Source of the DNA: Eledone cirrhosa
Lineage: Eukaryota
Direction: 5' to 3'
NCBI GenBank assembly: GCA_964016885.1
Contig: OZ024741.1
Location: forward strand, 143,716,001 to 143,780,000
DNA: 64,000 nucleotides
The notes below the pieces were generated by a model, which did not search any database, had not been told where the DNA came from, and saw only the letters and a list, made by a program, of their open reading frames with translations. Below are positions 1 through 13,510 of the stretch, one piece after another (within the stretch, counting starts at the first letter, position 1; every line of letters starts with the position of its first letter). The position numbers were made by a program, and so were the translations under genes.

Positions 1-699
1 AAGGATAGAATAGAGAAAACATTGCCTAGAAGGATTAGCAGTTGGATTAAGATTTTTATGGATGGAATTAAGCAGCTGTTATATACTTTGTTATACAAGG
101 GTATGAGAGGAAAGGAATCAAATTATTATGTACACAGTCACTAAGTAGATTTGGAAGTCAGTGTCACTCTTTCAACAACAGTACAATTCAGCATTGCCAC
201 CCTAGTAATGCAGACGTGGATGGTGTGGGGAAGCATTCTCTGGTGTGTTGGAGCCCACGTACAGGCAGCCTCATGGTCCTAGCAGAAGATAAAATGGATG
301 GCAAGGGCTATGCTTAGGAATAGCTATTCCATCAGATGGGTCTCACCCCTGCGGGTGGCTGACTCTGACCCAATAACAGAGAATAAGGAGGTGTACAATT
401 ATCCAATAGAGGTCCTAAACATGTATAACTTTGGTGGAGGGATCTGACAGTTTGGCTATGAAAAGGTTATGTGTTATATTGTTATTGTGAATAAAGCTTT
501 GTAATAGAACCAGAATATGAATAACTCATTTTATATGACTACATCATTGAAGGCCACATTGCTAGAGAATTGAAAGCACATAGTTGTGCCAAGAATTAAT
601 CTGAGAACTTCTGACAATTACTCTGTTACTCAACCTCATTGTCATCATTATCAGCACCATCATCATCATTGTTGTCATTGTTGTTGGCATCATCATCAT

Positions 700-1030
700 C
701 ATCTTTTTTCTATGTTTGCATAGGTTGGACGGATCCTTTCCAACACAGCTTTTCTTCACTTGTTCCTTCAGCATTTTGAATTCAGCTCTAACCATCTCTG
801 CCTAGGGTTTTTTTGGTCTTCCTCTTCTACAGCTTCCTTCCACTGGCATCACTTGGCACTTCTTTACCTAGTGTTCATCATCTATACATATTACATGTAC
901 ATGCTAGTGCAGTCGCTTCTCTTGCACACTACATCTGATACCTTTTATACTAAGATTTTCTCTCATTTTATCCATGCCATGTCATGGAGCATGCTTGCTT
1001 TATTTCTCTCCAGCCTCTGCATTTCCCACC
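700..1030 (-). mobile_element. Degenerate RTE LINE 3' fragment
   Basis: Similar to the RTE 3' ends elsewhere in the window, with (CAT)n tail on +. Confidence 0.7.
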
Positions 1031-1835
1031 CATGTAATAATATATATATTTATAACAAACATCATCACCATTGTTGTCGTCATCACCATCATCATCATCA
1101 TCATCATTTATCATCTTTTTCCTGCTAGCAAGAGTTGGACATATTGTCACACATTGAGTCATTACTTGAGTGGAGCTACTGACCTCTCAAATGGGCTGTG
1201 GACCTGATTCTCATTTACATATATTCCTACACTCTACTGAATGCTTAGACACCTGCAGGCCCGTATCTTGCTGACATAAATTACCACACTCAACTATGAG
1301 CATGTGTTCATGACACCAACACTAGGGAGGTTGTCATGTTTTTGACATAGCTGAAGAGTTCTCCTGACCTTTTGTTTGGCTGGTCTTCTACATCTGGATG
1401 CCCTTCCTGTCACCAACCACTTTACAGCATGTACTGGGTTAATTTATTGTGTAGACCACTAACACTAGGGAGACTGTTGTTCTGTTGACATAAATGAAAT
1501 GTCCTCCTGACCTTTTGGTATATTGGGTGCATTTTCGTAGCACCAGCACTAGAGAAGTTGTCGGTTATTGTCCTAAATGAAGATCTCTCATTACTCTGAG
1601 GTGGGGGTGGGGTAGAAGAGAAGGTAGAAAGATTGAGTGTTCAAAGTTAAAAAAGAAGACAAAATACAGAGAATAATTACACACATACAGACACACACAC
1701 ACACACACAAAACATCAACATTATCATCAACATAATTGTTTTTATATATTACACAAATTCACAATGTATCTATTCTAAACCAGATATACATGGCTAAATA
1801 AATATTGTTTAATGTCTTTTCACACACACACACAA

Positions 1836-1868
<33 letters not shown>

Positions 1869-1908
1869 GAGATGTGAGAAAAACCACAGACCCTCCATCT
1901 CAACTCAC

Positions 1909-2006
1909 CTTTTGAAAAGCAGAAGAACTGCGAAACCGGCAAAGGAACCAAATAAATATATATATTTTTTAAAAAAATAAGACTTCAGTTGCATTTTCGA
2001 TTTCAT
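1909..2006 (-). CDS. Candidate first coding exon of a minus-strand gene running off the left edge (MKSKMQLKSYFFKKYIYLFGSFAGFAVLLLFK), signal-anchor-like
   Basis: ATG, 32 open codons with basic N-terminus then hydrophobic stretch, ending in a strong AG|gtgagt donor; no homology recognised. Confidence 0.3.
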
Positions 2007-2589
2007 CTCTTTTTCTTTATATATATATATATATATATTTGGGGAGGGTCATATTGTTATAATATTGCCAGAAATAATAATAAAACACACACACTATTTG
2101 GTTTGGATTGGTTTTCGCTTCTGTATATTTTATATCCCTATAGTTAATTTAACTGTCAATCAATATTTATCATTGATTGACCAACAATTAAAAAAAAATA
2201 TATATATATATATAGTCTATCAAAATTCTTTCATCACACACCTGTGACATCATCAGTGGTACTATTATGTTTCCTCCCATTGTATTGTAATGTCTATTCC
2301 ATTTTTATTTATTTATTCTTGTCTCTGTTTGCACATGCACTTGCGTGTGTGTTTTCTGTTTGGTGTATGTTCATGTCTGATAAACTATATATATATGTTT
2401 AACCGTTGGTCAATCAATAATAAATATTGATTGCATGTTGCTCCAGTACACTCACCTGAAAATGAGTACTAGCTGCAGCTGAGGCTAACCCTGCAATGGA
2501 TAGGCATCCTGCTAATGAAAAATTGAAATCAAGGATAAGAAAAGTTCTGATAAGCTTGGGAGAGACAAACTTTTAATATATATATATAT

Positions 2590-2936
2590 GGAGGCACATG
2601 CCTTAGTGGTTAGAGCATTGGCCTTGCAATCGAAAGGTTGTGAGTTCAATTCTCAGACTGGGTGATGTGTTGTTTCCTTGACCAAGACACTTTATTTCAC
2701 ATTGCTCCAGTTTCCTCAGCTGTAGAAATGAGATGATAGGGACTGGGGTCCCTATCATTCCACTGCAAAGTGGTCGTGGAGGTGTCACGGCAAAAAAGCA
2801 CCCAGCACTCACTGTAAATGAGGTTGGTGTTAGGAAGGGCATCCAGCTGTAGAAAACAAGCCAGAATCAGTTCCCGTCCCACCCTTGCAAGCAGGGAAAA
2901 GCAGACGTAAAATGAAATGATGATGATGATGATGAT
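2590..2936 (+). mobile_element. tRNA-headed SINE with CORE-like body and RTE-derived middle and tail
   Basis: A/B-box head (ccttagtggttagagc...gagttcaattctc), ccttgaccaagacactttatttcac body, tail shared with RTE 3' end (cccacccttgcaagcagggaaaagc..gtaaaatga) plus (GAT)n. Related copies at 7125-7378(+), 28441-28783(-), 41520-41695(-), 48445-48840(-). Confidence 0.85.
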
Positions 2937-3799
2937 ATATATTCTGTGCTGATGATCAGTAGGTGAAAAAATGCCAAGAAATCCTAGTAGAAGGGAGCTA
3001 CAGTAGAAGGAAGCGAAGGATGACCTGTATGGAGTGACGCTGTGCTGGAAAAGACCCATCCAACTCATGCAAGCATGGAAAAACAGACATAAAACAGCTA
3101 TGATGAGGATGATGATGATATGGGTGGATGGGCAGTATTGGCAGAGCATTGGACGAAATACTTTGCAATATTTAGTTATGACATTCTACATGCCAAGGTC
3201 AACTTTACCATTCACCCTTCCGTGGTTGATAAAATAAAATAGCAGTGAAGTACTGGGGTTGATATAATCAACAACACTCTCCCACAAAATTTCTGGCCTT
3301 ATGACTGTGTTCATCTTCATCATCACTGTTTAATGTCCATTTTCCATCCTTGCATAGGTTAGATGGGTTGTCACATTATGAGACAAGTTATGTCAGGTGA
3401 CCACACCTTGCTCATTCAGGTCTGTGTTTTGATTTATTTTCTATAGCTGGATGTCCTTCCTAACACCAATCACATTACAGTGTGGATTGAGTGCTTTTTA
3501 TCATGACACCAAAACGACTTCTAACAGGGTTGACTGGGCGGTTTTTTTAATATCATATTACCAACATGACCACTTTACTGGGTGGACTGAGTGCTTTTTT
3601 CATGTGGCATCAGCAAACCCACCTTACAGGGTAGAGTGGGTACTTTTTTCTCATGTAACCAGCATGATCACTATTTAGCTGGTGGGAGCAGGTTATTAAA
3701 ACTGGGAAGGGTGAATGGGGGAGAGGTAGGGAGAAGATTGGTGCAGACTAATGAACTCTACCTGTTTGTTTCATCCTGTGCACATGGGAAGGTGGGTCT

Positions 3800-4600
3800 T
3801 CTGTAGTACAACATAATGCCAAAGATCTTGAGAGGTTTAATTGTGCAAAATTAGCTTTTATCACTTTATCTCAAGCTTTTCTAGGTCTTCCTCACCCATA
3901 ACTTCCATGAACATTGAGTGCCCTGTACCTTTTTATATAGCTGTCATCCTCCATGCACATTACATGCTCATAGCACCATAATCTCCTCTCCTGCACACTG
4001 CATCTGACCCCTCTTATGTCTAGTTTCCCTCTCAGTTCATTGATGCTTTGCTGTTCATGCACACTACTATTACACATCCATTGAAGCATTTAATAGAGTT
4101 TGTTTTGGCATATAAGAGTTAGATCATCAGCATATAGGAATTCTCATGGGCAGCTAGTTATAAACTGTCCCGTTTTAGCTTGTAGAAAGATAATAAATAG
4201 GAGAGGGGTAAGAACAGATGTCTGATGGACCCCAACTTGCACAATAAATTCCTCACTACAATCATTGTCAGTTCTAATCTTGCTGACTGCTGATCTTTAC
4301 ATGACTTGTACCACCCTCACAAGCCACTCATCTACCCCTAGTTTTCTAAGAGCCCACCAGATTATGGAGCAAGGAACTCTGTCAAATGTTTTCTCCAGGT
4401 CAACAAATTTCAAGTAGAGGGGCTTATTTTAGCTAGACACTTATCTTGAAAACCAATATTAGTCAGGCAACTAATTCATTCATCAGTTGCATTAGCAATA
4501 AAAAGGTTATTTAATACTTAACAATCTTTTGTCACACCTTTTGTAATTTTCCCAATTACATTTTTATCCCTCTGTGTTTCCTCCTTATTTTGACTTTGTT
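3800..4600 (-). mobile_element. Degenerate RTE LINE fragments
   Basis: MLQWMCN...ERRLWCYEHVMCMED translation; RT remnants. Confidence 0.75.
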
Positions 4601-5607
4601 TCAGTTACTCAATCTTTCTTTCTCTTAGATATCATCATCATCATCATTTTGCATGTTTTCCATGCTAGCATGGGTTGAACAGGTTGTCATGGTTGGAGAC
4701 TTGATTGGTCAGGGCATCAGGCACAGTTTTCTACAAGTTAATGGCTTTCCTAATGTCCATCGCTTTACAGAGTTCAATGGGTGCATTTTATTGTGGTATC
4801 ACAAATACCACCCCTGCCATCATTGTCACCACCACCACCACCACTCCCACTACCACCACTCCCACTACCACAACACTTCTATCACTTTGCAAACCTGTTT
4901 GTTGATATTTCTACAATACTTCTCTCTGTTGAATAATTATATTTGTGAAATATAATTTATATGTGAATGACTGTAGAACACAATAAACTATGAGTATGTG
5001 CACAGCCGAACAAAGAACTTTAGTCCATAAATTATGAAGCCAAGTACAGCAAAAAATAGCAAAAGTTGAAAACCGGCTCTGACTGTACAATACAAAAATA
5101 TCAAAACTAACTTAAATAGTTGTTGATAAGGGTAAGGAAAGGGTTAAAATGACAGGATTTAATACAGCAAGGCAATATATCCTCTGTACTATATATTCTG
5201 CTGACTTACCAGCTATGTATGTGTTCATAATAATAACTTAAAATATGTATAATATACTTATTGAAAAGACTGCAAGATATTTCCATCTGCCTGTTGTATA
5301 CATAATAACTATAATGGTTGTATATATTTATGTTTGCTTATTGTATACATCATAACTACAATAGGTGTCTACATGTTGTACAAACTATAACTATAATTAG
5401 TGTATATATTTGTTCTGTCTGTTGTATATACCATAACTCTTATAGTTGTATATATTTAGGTGTTTCCTGTACACAATACAACCAACCTTCCCCTCTTTCT
5501 ACATAAAAAATCTAGGTTTCACTGGTTAAATTTTTTTCCATAGCTTATTAAGAAGAAGGGATGGGAAATGATGCAGAAATGCAGGACTCATGTGTTCCTA
5601 TTAACTA

Positions 5608-6450
5608 CAAGGGTCTCAAACATGTGGCCCACAAACTACATTTTTATGGCCTACAGCAGAACAATTTTTGTGACTAAAATTTTCCTAAAACTTGGGAATT
5701 TGTTCTTTGCAGTTGCAGCAGCAGTGTCAAGCTAGACCTGTCAACCTAATGCAAACAGACAATCAATTTTAAGATCAGCCATGGTCTGACCATGTTTCTC
5801 CCCAGGGAGAGGTAGAATGTACTTTAATATTTCAGTCGCTTTCACTTCAAGATCTAATGCTGAAATATGTATCCAATCTTATATACATTAAAAAATATAT
5901 TCTTAATAAGGACATTAGTGAAATCTTTGTTAAGATGGACTCAGGAAGATTAGTCAACAGTAATTATCTACTAATTCATCAAATGTGATAAAACTTAGAC
6001 TTTTGCTTATATTTTCTCTGTTTTAATAAAGTTTATAGTATAATTTATGGCAATTTACCCATGAAGTACTATAACATAATATTTAAAACAGAAAAAGGGA
6101 ATTTACCAAAAGTCTTCTTCTTCTTCTTCTTCTTCTTCTTCTTCTTCTTCTTCTTCTTCGTCTTCTTCTTCTTCTTCTTCTTCTTCTTCTTCTTCTTCTT
6201 CTTCTTCTTCTTCTCCCATTTAATCCTGGGAGAGTCGTGGGTGCAGAGTCCTCAAACACTCCTTCCAGCAAATTTATGCACTTAGTATCATATATTAAAA
6301 AAAAAAATTAATAGCAGCCTATCAACTGCATTGTAGGTTAGCATTATAACTGGTGGAAATCCTGTGTCCCCTAACTTCACACTTTTGATCCCCTGCACCT
6401 CTCACCCCGGACATAATGGACATTTTGAGTCCTTGAGTTTAAGACCTGTG
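5608..6450. mobile_element. hAT-like MITE containing a nested LINE 3' end with (TTC)n tail
   Basis: Termini caagggtctcaaac...gtttaagacctgtg; homologous to 29398-29754; insert at about 6113-6270. Confidence 0.7.
6114..6213. repeat. (TTC)n microsatellite, tail of a minus-strand retroposon end
   Basis: About 33 TTC units with one interruption. Confidence 0.95.
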
Positions 6451-6704
6451 ACTTAGATCCATATAAGCTACCCAGCTGGAAGTCATTGTTATGGGTCAGT
6501 TTCCCACTATATATTGCTCTCTTGTTGCCACAGTACAGGTTAGTTCTATTGGTATGTCATCTTGAATGACTTCATCCGGAGCCATGATGTGGTCACTTTC
6601 CTGTCATAACTAGAGCCTATTGGCCTCAACTATTGTTTTGATAAGTGCCCTGATGGGATAACCATTTTGTCATTAAAAGGGGCAAATTTTGTCATTGAGG
6701 GGGC

Positions 6705-6885
6705 AAATGACACATTCTATGGTTCCGACCTTAATGCTTTGGTCGCACATCAAGAAAATACTGCCCATAACACAGAGGAGCAGAAGATATCCAAATACCG
6801 GTATTTAGACCAGCCATTTCCTTTCATGCAAGTTATTGTCAAGATCTCTGAGTTCTTTGGTCCCTGAACTAGCGTTTATATAAAT
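6705..6885 (+). mobile_element. Degenerate CRE-like (RLE) retrotransposon C-terminal fragment
   Basis: DTF...EEQKISKYRYLDQPFPFMQVIVKISEFFGP parallels the K..KY...F.PVA..T.G..GP motif of the 15815-16880 element. Confidence 0.5.
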
Positions 6886-8159
6886 GCATGGGGTGGGAGA
6901 AACAAAGGTATAGAATAGACAAATCTAGAAATTTTGTGAATAAAGTACACAGCAAATAGAAAATTATATAAAAAACACACAATAATTAAAATAAATTGAA
7001 ATGGAGTCAATTATTAAAATGGAACCAACGTTCCCTGGGTAACTTGTGAAAAACATAAAATTAAAATAAATGTTAGATAATAATTTCATTTCCATGAATA
7101 ATTGAATATATATGTATATATGTGAAGGCGCATGGCTTAGTGGTTAAAGCATTGGGCTTGCAATCGAAAGGTTGTGAGTTCAATTCTCGGACCGGGTGAT
7201 GTGTTGTTTCCTTGAGCAAGACACTTTATTTCACGTTGCTCCAGTTTACTCAGCTGTAGAAATGAGTAACGGCCTGCCTGCCCAGCCAGTGGGATGGCGT
7301 TATCTTATGGCTAAAACAGCACGACGTGCTGTGACCAGCGGCACCGATTGGCGCCCAACAGACTGGTCGGTCAAGGTGATATATATATATATATTATAGT
7401 TAAAACAGAAATCAAAAAAACAAAAACAAAGCAAAGAGGCAGTACAAAGTGTTAATATTAGGTTCACGCTTGAGAGAGGATATATATATATATATATATA
7501 GTAATAATAATAAACGTGAAGACTAAAATCCAAAGAGGGCTTGATAAGGATAAATATATATCAAATATATAAGAACCATAGAGCAAATATTTATTAAAAT
7601 AACAGATTATTTAAGCAAAGAATTGCTGCTTTCACCCTTAACAGGATCTTCTGAAAGCAGTGATTCTTTGCTTAAACTTTAATCTGTTATTTTAATATAT
7701 ATATAGGTAGAGCTTCTTAAGTTGAATTGTTCTGGGCTGCTACTTCTAGCGGTCTTTTGGTTCATTCACACCACCATGGAGTATATAACGCGTCTGTTTT
7801 CTTCTCTTTACACTATGTGCGTTATTTTAGTTAACTAATATACTTTTAGAAGTGAGCCCACCTGTTGATAAGCCTGCTGCAATATGGAATCTTCACTTTT
7901 TATGATGAAACATTCTCTTATTTGAGTTTGTCCAGGTGTTTATAGTTATAAATGGATGGTTTGTGCATTTTAATTTATTCTTTTAATTGATATGTATTCT
8001 CTATTCCTTTCAAAGACAATATTTTAAAACCTGCGATTGACTAGCCTCCTGTGCAGAGAGAAGTTTTGTAATCTCAGTCGCTTAACATCAAGGAAAGCAG
8101 AATAATCATTGGCCTGATAAGCCTCTGGGCTTGAGACAAACTTTAGACATGTATATATC

Positions 8160-9330
8160 ATCATCATCATTATTCTATACCAGTTTTTCCAAGGAGTGAG
8201 CATGGGCTGGGCATGTCCTTTTCAGCACAGCATCTTTTCATTCATCTCGGTCCTTCGTCAACCAGGCTGTGAAGTTCGGTGATTTGAGATCAACTCTGAT
8301 TAACCTCTAACCTGATTTTCCTTGGTCCCCCTCTATCACAGTTCCCTTTCCACTATGATTTCATAACACTTCTTCCACCAATGGTCATCCATACAAATTA
8401 TATGTCAATACCATTGCAATCTTCTTTCCTGTACACTGATTTGGCTAAAAGAACCAGGTCATCAATGTACAGAAGTTCTTATTGACAACTTGTCTTAATG
8501 CCTTTATTATAGCCTGGAGAACTATAATAAACAGGTTAGCCGAGGATTGAGGCCTGATGTACACCTACCTGCACTTTGAATTCCTTACTAAACTCATTAC
8601 CTACTCCCACCTTACTAACAGATCCTCGCTACATGGCTTGCACTGTTCTTACAAGTCATTCTTCTATGCCTAGTTTGGGGAGAGAGCTTCTGTAGTACTT
8701 CTTCCTGGCACAAAACTGAACTGCAGCTCATCTAATTTTACTCTTTCCTTTCATTACCTGGTCCGTTAGTTTTATGGAACTCTCATTGCATGATCGTTTC
8801 CCTAGTAGTGGTTGCTGAGTATATTATTACACCAGTCATTGGGTATAACCTCATCTTGTACTACCTGATTAATTATGTGGGTCACTAGTTCAGCTCCTAC
8901 ATCCCCAGAAGATTTTGGCATCTTAGCAACTATTTCTGATAGTCCAGCAGCCTTACCAATTTTCATCTCCCTGATTGTTTCATTAGTCCTATAACTGTCA
9001 ATTTCAATAGCTGGTCCTTCTGTTTGATCAGCTGGGGGTAGTCCCCCCCCCCCCCCACTCAGGCTCCACATGTATACCTGTCATCTAGCTACTCTTTTAG
9101 CTACTAGATACCACCTCATTTCTACAGTCTTTCCATGCCTGCCTCTTTTCTTTATCCACAGTGTTGTTCCAATAGGTCAACCTCTGTCTGACAGGAGTTT
9201 TACTCCAATCCCAAGTCCCCTCAGTAGCCTGCAGCAGGTTGTCTCATAGAAACTTCCAATTGTTCTCTATGCCTTATATATCTGACTCCTCCCGCTTGTC
9301 ATATGCATCACGTAAAACTTTTCTAAACCT
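8160..9330 (-). mobile_element. Degenerate RTE LINE
   Basis: EGPAIEID...MKIGKAAG...IPNDW translation and 3' tail. Confidence 0.8.
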
Positions 9331-9344
9331 ATATATATATATAT

Positions 9345-11385
9345 CATCATCATCATTTTACGTCGGCTTTTCCCTGCTTGCAAGGGTGGGACGGATCTTA
9401 TTCAGCACAGCATCTCTCCACTTGTCAAAAGTCCTTCGTCATCTCCACTGTGAGCTTCAGCGATCTGAGATCTGTTCTCACCACCTCCGCCCATGTTTTT
9501 CGTGGTCTACCTCTACCACGTCTTCCTTCAACTGGCATTTCCTGGCACTTCTTCACCCATCGGTCATCCTCCATGCGCATCACATGTCCATACACCTCAG
9601 TCTCCTCTCTTGCACACTACATTCTATCCCTCTCAGACACAGTTTCGCTCTCAACACATTCATGCTGAGTCGTTCACACACATTGACATTGCACATCCAA
9701 CGGAGCATGTTTGCCTCATTTCTCTCCAGCCGTCGCATATCCTCTGCAGTTGTTGCCCATGTCTCACTACCATGCAGCATTGCGCTTGGACCCTATATTC
9801 GTCAATCTCAATAGCTGGTCCCTCTGTCGGATCTACTAAGGGTAATTTCTCTCTCTCCCATTCGTTCTCCACATTCATCAGTCTCTCATAATGACATTTC
9901 CAGGCCTCCTTTTTCTGATCATTCGTGACACTAAGTACACCGGCATCATTCCAGACACATTTATCTCCAACAACATCCTGATTTGCATTGACACACTGCC
10001 TTGCAATGTGGAACACTGCACGTCTCTGATCTTCCCGTCGCAGAACATTGGCAAACCTCCTACTCTCAGCCTCCCTGCGTGCTAAGTACACCTGATGTCT
10101 AGCTTTTCTCTTAGTGGTTGTATATCCTTCTCTACTCCCACCCTGTTTCCAAGCCTTCCATGCTAGTCTTTTGTCTCTAATGGCCTTATCTACTGTGCTG
10201 TTCCACCACCAGGTCACTCTCTGTCTGGTTGGAGCTCTGCTCCAGCCACAAGTTTCATCAGTAGCCTGCAGTAAGTTGTCACGTAAGAAATTCCAGTTAT
10301 TATCTGTCATACGTCTCTAAATCGTCTTCCTTTTCGTCATACACATCTTAAAAGGCTTTCCTAAATTTGTATTTTAGTGAAAGGTCTTTTAGCTTCCAGA
10401 CCTTTCTTCTCCACACCTTCCTGCATGTCTCATTCCATCTCTTGCTTACTGAGATATCACTAACGACTAACCTATGCTGTGGGGTACATTCTTCCCCAGG
10501 GTATGCCTTGGTATTTGACACCATCTGCTTGTCTCGCTGCCTAACTAGTAAGAAGTCAATCTGGCTTATGTGCTCGCCTGATTTGTAGGTTATTAGGTGG
10601 TTGGCAGGTTTCTGGAAGTTAGTGTTGCAAATAGTCAGTGTACTTGCATCACAAAATTCAAGAAGTCTCACTCCTTCTTCATTTCTTGAGCCGTAACCGT
10701 GCCCACCATGTACCCCAGTGTAACCTTCCTGGAGCTGTCCAACATGACCATTGAAGTCCCCTGCTAGCATAACGATGTCTCCGTCCTCTGTCATTGCGGT
10801 TGTTTGTAAAAGTTGCTCGTAAAAGCAGTCTATTTCATCTTTGCCTAGGCCTGCTTGGGGAGCATAGGCAGAGATGATTGTCAGTAGTCTCCTGCCTACA
10901 ACTAATCTAAGCTTAATTATTTGATTATTAACTCGAACTACCTCTATTGTCTTATTGATTCATCTCTCAGCCAGAAAAATGCCTACTCCCCCTAACCCAT
11001 CATCCTTACCTATCCAGAATAGCTTATAGCTAAGATATTTGCCTGCGACTAGTCTAGCAGATGCACCTCTCCATCTCACCTCTTGCACGCAGCACACATC
11101 CACATGCCTTCTCTCTAGCATCTCCGCTATTTCAGCAAATCTACCTGTGAGAGTGCCAACACTAGGTGTTGCAACTCTGAGATGCGACGTCTTCATATTT
11201 TTTGTTGTTCCTATATACTTGTTGCTGTGCTTATAATTGTTTTGGCATTGATACACTGGTTGGATGCCCTTCCTAACACCAGCACCACTTTACAGCATGG
11301 ACTGGGTGCTTTTATTTGTGCCACCAGCACTAGAGAGGATGTCTTACTGGACTCATGGGCCCTTTCTACCCCTCCATTTTACAGC
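9345..11385 (-). mobile_element. RTE LINE with 5' UTR, APE endonuclease and 3' end, RT core deleted
   Basis: CCVQEVRWRG, AGDFNGHVG, SQIDFLLV, PQHRLV endonuclease motifs; jumps from GPAIEID straight to MLHGSETW at about 9785. Confidence 0.92.
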
Positions 11386-11564
11386 ATGGTCATAACAAAA
11401 AAAAAACACCACTTGTTGACACTCACGGCAATCACACACCAACACTCATGCATACAAATACACACGCCACTCATGCATACAAACACACACACACATACAT
11501 ATATTACCGTCAGTACTGATACAAAATCATGTCAACTGCTGACTTTTCCAGTTCAGTTTTTATA

Positions 11565-11760
11565 TAATAATTGTTTCTACTTTTTGGCACAAGGACAGCA
11601 ATTACCCAGTGTATTACTGGTACTTTATTTTATCGACCCCGTAAGGATGAAAGGCAAAGTTAACATCGGCGATATTCGAACTCAGAATGGCAAGGGCCAT
11701 AACTCTATGCATCAAAGCATAGCGTCCGACCCTCTACCAATACTGCCAATCCACCGCCAT
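11565..11760 (-). mobile_element. Meta-type SINE (dispersed family, more than a dozen copies or fragments in the window)
   Basis: gcctttcatccttacggggtcgataaaataaagtaccag body. Other copies: 20097-20290(+), 20630-20820(-), 23908-24105(+), 34655-34842(+), 34852-35045(+), 49178-49363(-), 49376-49495(-), 60170-60265(-), 62650-62812(-), 62885-63088(-). Confidence 0.85.
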
Positions 11761-12294
11761 TTTTTCCATCCACCAGTTTTTATATAATAATAATAATAAT
11801 AATTGTTTGCTTTACATCATAGAGCAACGGCTCTCCACTCTCCGGGTCCAAAAACAAGGCACCAGCAATGCGCTGGGACAGTCGCTGCCCCGAGCCAAGA
11901 ACAGAATCGTTATTTAGTATTATAGTTGTTTTCTTCTTCTTAAGGCCTGATCGCTGGTGATGGTGGTGGTGGTGGTGAAGGTGGTGGATGGTGATGGCAG
12001 TTGTTGTTATTGTTGTTGTTGTTGCTGCTGCCGTTGTTGTTCAATTCACTGGTGCTTCTGCTGCAGACAATGGTGTTGTTGCTGTTGTTGTAGTCGCTGG
12101 GCTGAAATTTAGAAATTTGGTCGCTTCGCGTGTGTGATATATACACATACATATATATATACACATATATATATACATACATACACACACATTCAACATG
12201 GTGTTGTTGCTGTTGTTGTAGTTGCTGTGTTGAAATCTGGTCGCATCGACTGAGATATATATATATATATATATACATACATAGAAGGATTTTA

Positions 12295-13510
12295 ATGGAT
12301 ACAGTTTAGTTAAAAGGAATATAACAGTTACATAACCTGAAAACAGCTGCTATCTACAAAGTATTAGTTATGCAGACATTCAATATTTCAATGTTATTAT
12401 CAACTGTCATTTCATCGGAATAATTTTACTGAGGACCTGTTTGGTTTTTATAGAGAATATTAGGAGGGAGGGGTGAAGTTGTTAGAAGAATAGTTGAGGG
12501 AGTGGTTTTTTGATAGCAGTGAGAATTTTTGGTGGCAGTGAGTAATTAGATTCCCATCTGTTGTTTTGACATTTTTATAGAATATATTATTGGTTATTTT
12601 TCTAAATCTATAGAAGGATTAGAGATAGTAAAGATATGCGTGGTTGGTTTTGTGTTTGCACTTAATTAACATTCAGACTTAAATTTTTCTTTCAAGTGTA
12701 CTATCCTTTCGCCCACGCATTCACACACAAACATATATGCACACCTCTACAAAATACATATACTCACATACACATACTTACATACATATACACATGCATA
12801 CATATATATATACACATATATACATGTACATACATACGCATTCATGTGTATACATTTTCATACTCAACTTATCTTTATATACACACGTATAGACACACAC
12901 ATACTCCAGTCTATGTGTATATATATATATATATATAAACACTTTAATACATGAATGCACTTACATCTAACTATACACATCAAACATATATATATATTTA
13001 CTTATTTATATACATTTTCACATATATATACATACTTATGGTCGCTTTTAGACACATTCATTATAGCATATTTGCACCTATTCTCATCAGCATATCTTTC
13101 CATTATTAGTGTGGTAATTTAAGGTTATTAATATACATATATATGTTGAGAAGAGATTGTTTTTATATTTTTCTAACTAGATTGAGGTTTATATAGTTGG
13201 GGGGTTGTCCCTCTTTTATGTAATATTCAGCTTGTAGTGGGAAAAAAGGGTTTTAGTTCGGTGACGGCAGAATAATGTTTGTTCAATTCTGTTATTCAGC
13301 AATTTCCTCTTGTGTGTGGTTATGTAATAGATCTCAAGATTACACAATTTGCAGAAATTTTGGCTCCTGGAAAAGCTTTGGGTTTTAGCTAATTTCTCCC
13401 ATTTTAGGGTAAACTTTTGATCGCTATCCCTGAGCGTCCAAGCTTTTTCTGCTAAAGTTGTTACATTTCTTTGGCTCTGGTGTTTTATTGAGTAAGAATG
13501 CCTATATAAT
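12295..13510 (-). mobile_element. Penelope-like element 3' portion: endonuclease C-terminus and pLTR-like region with hammerhead remnant
   Basis: About 13240-13505 translates TTLAEKAWTLRD..KWEKLA...CKLCNLE...LLNNRIEQTLFCRHRTK (CxLC...LN.R.E...CRH motif); CCGATGA..GAAA..GUC fold at about 12370-12420 (-). Confidence 0.75.

Noticed and set aside
2590-2665. tRNA genes (also 7125-7200, 28710-28783, 48765-48840)
   Set aside because: tRNA-like heads run directly into SINE bodies; no proper acceptor stem or terminator
6061-6285. Poly-Phe / poly-Arg ORFs
   Set aside because: Translation of the (TTC)n microsatellite
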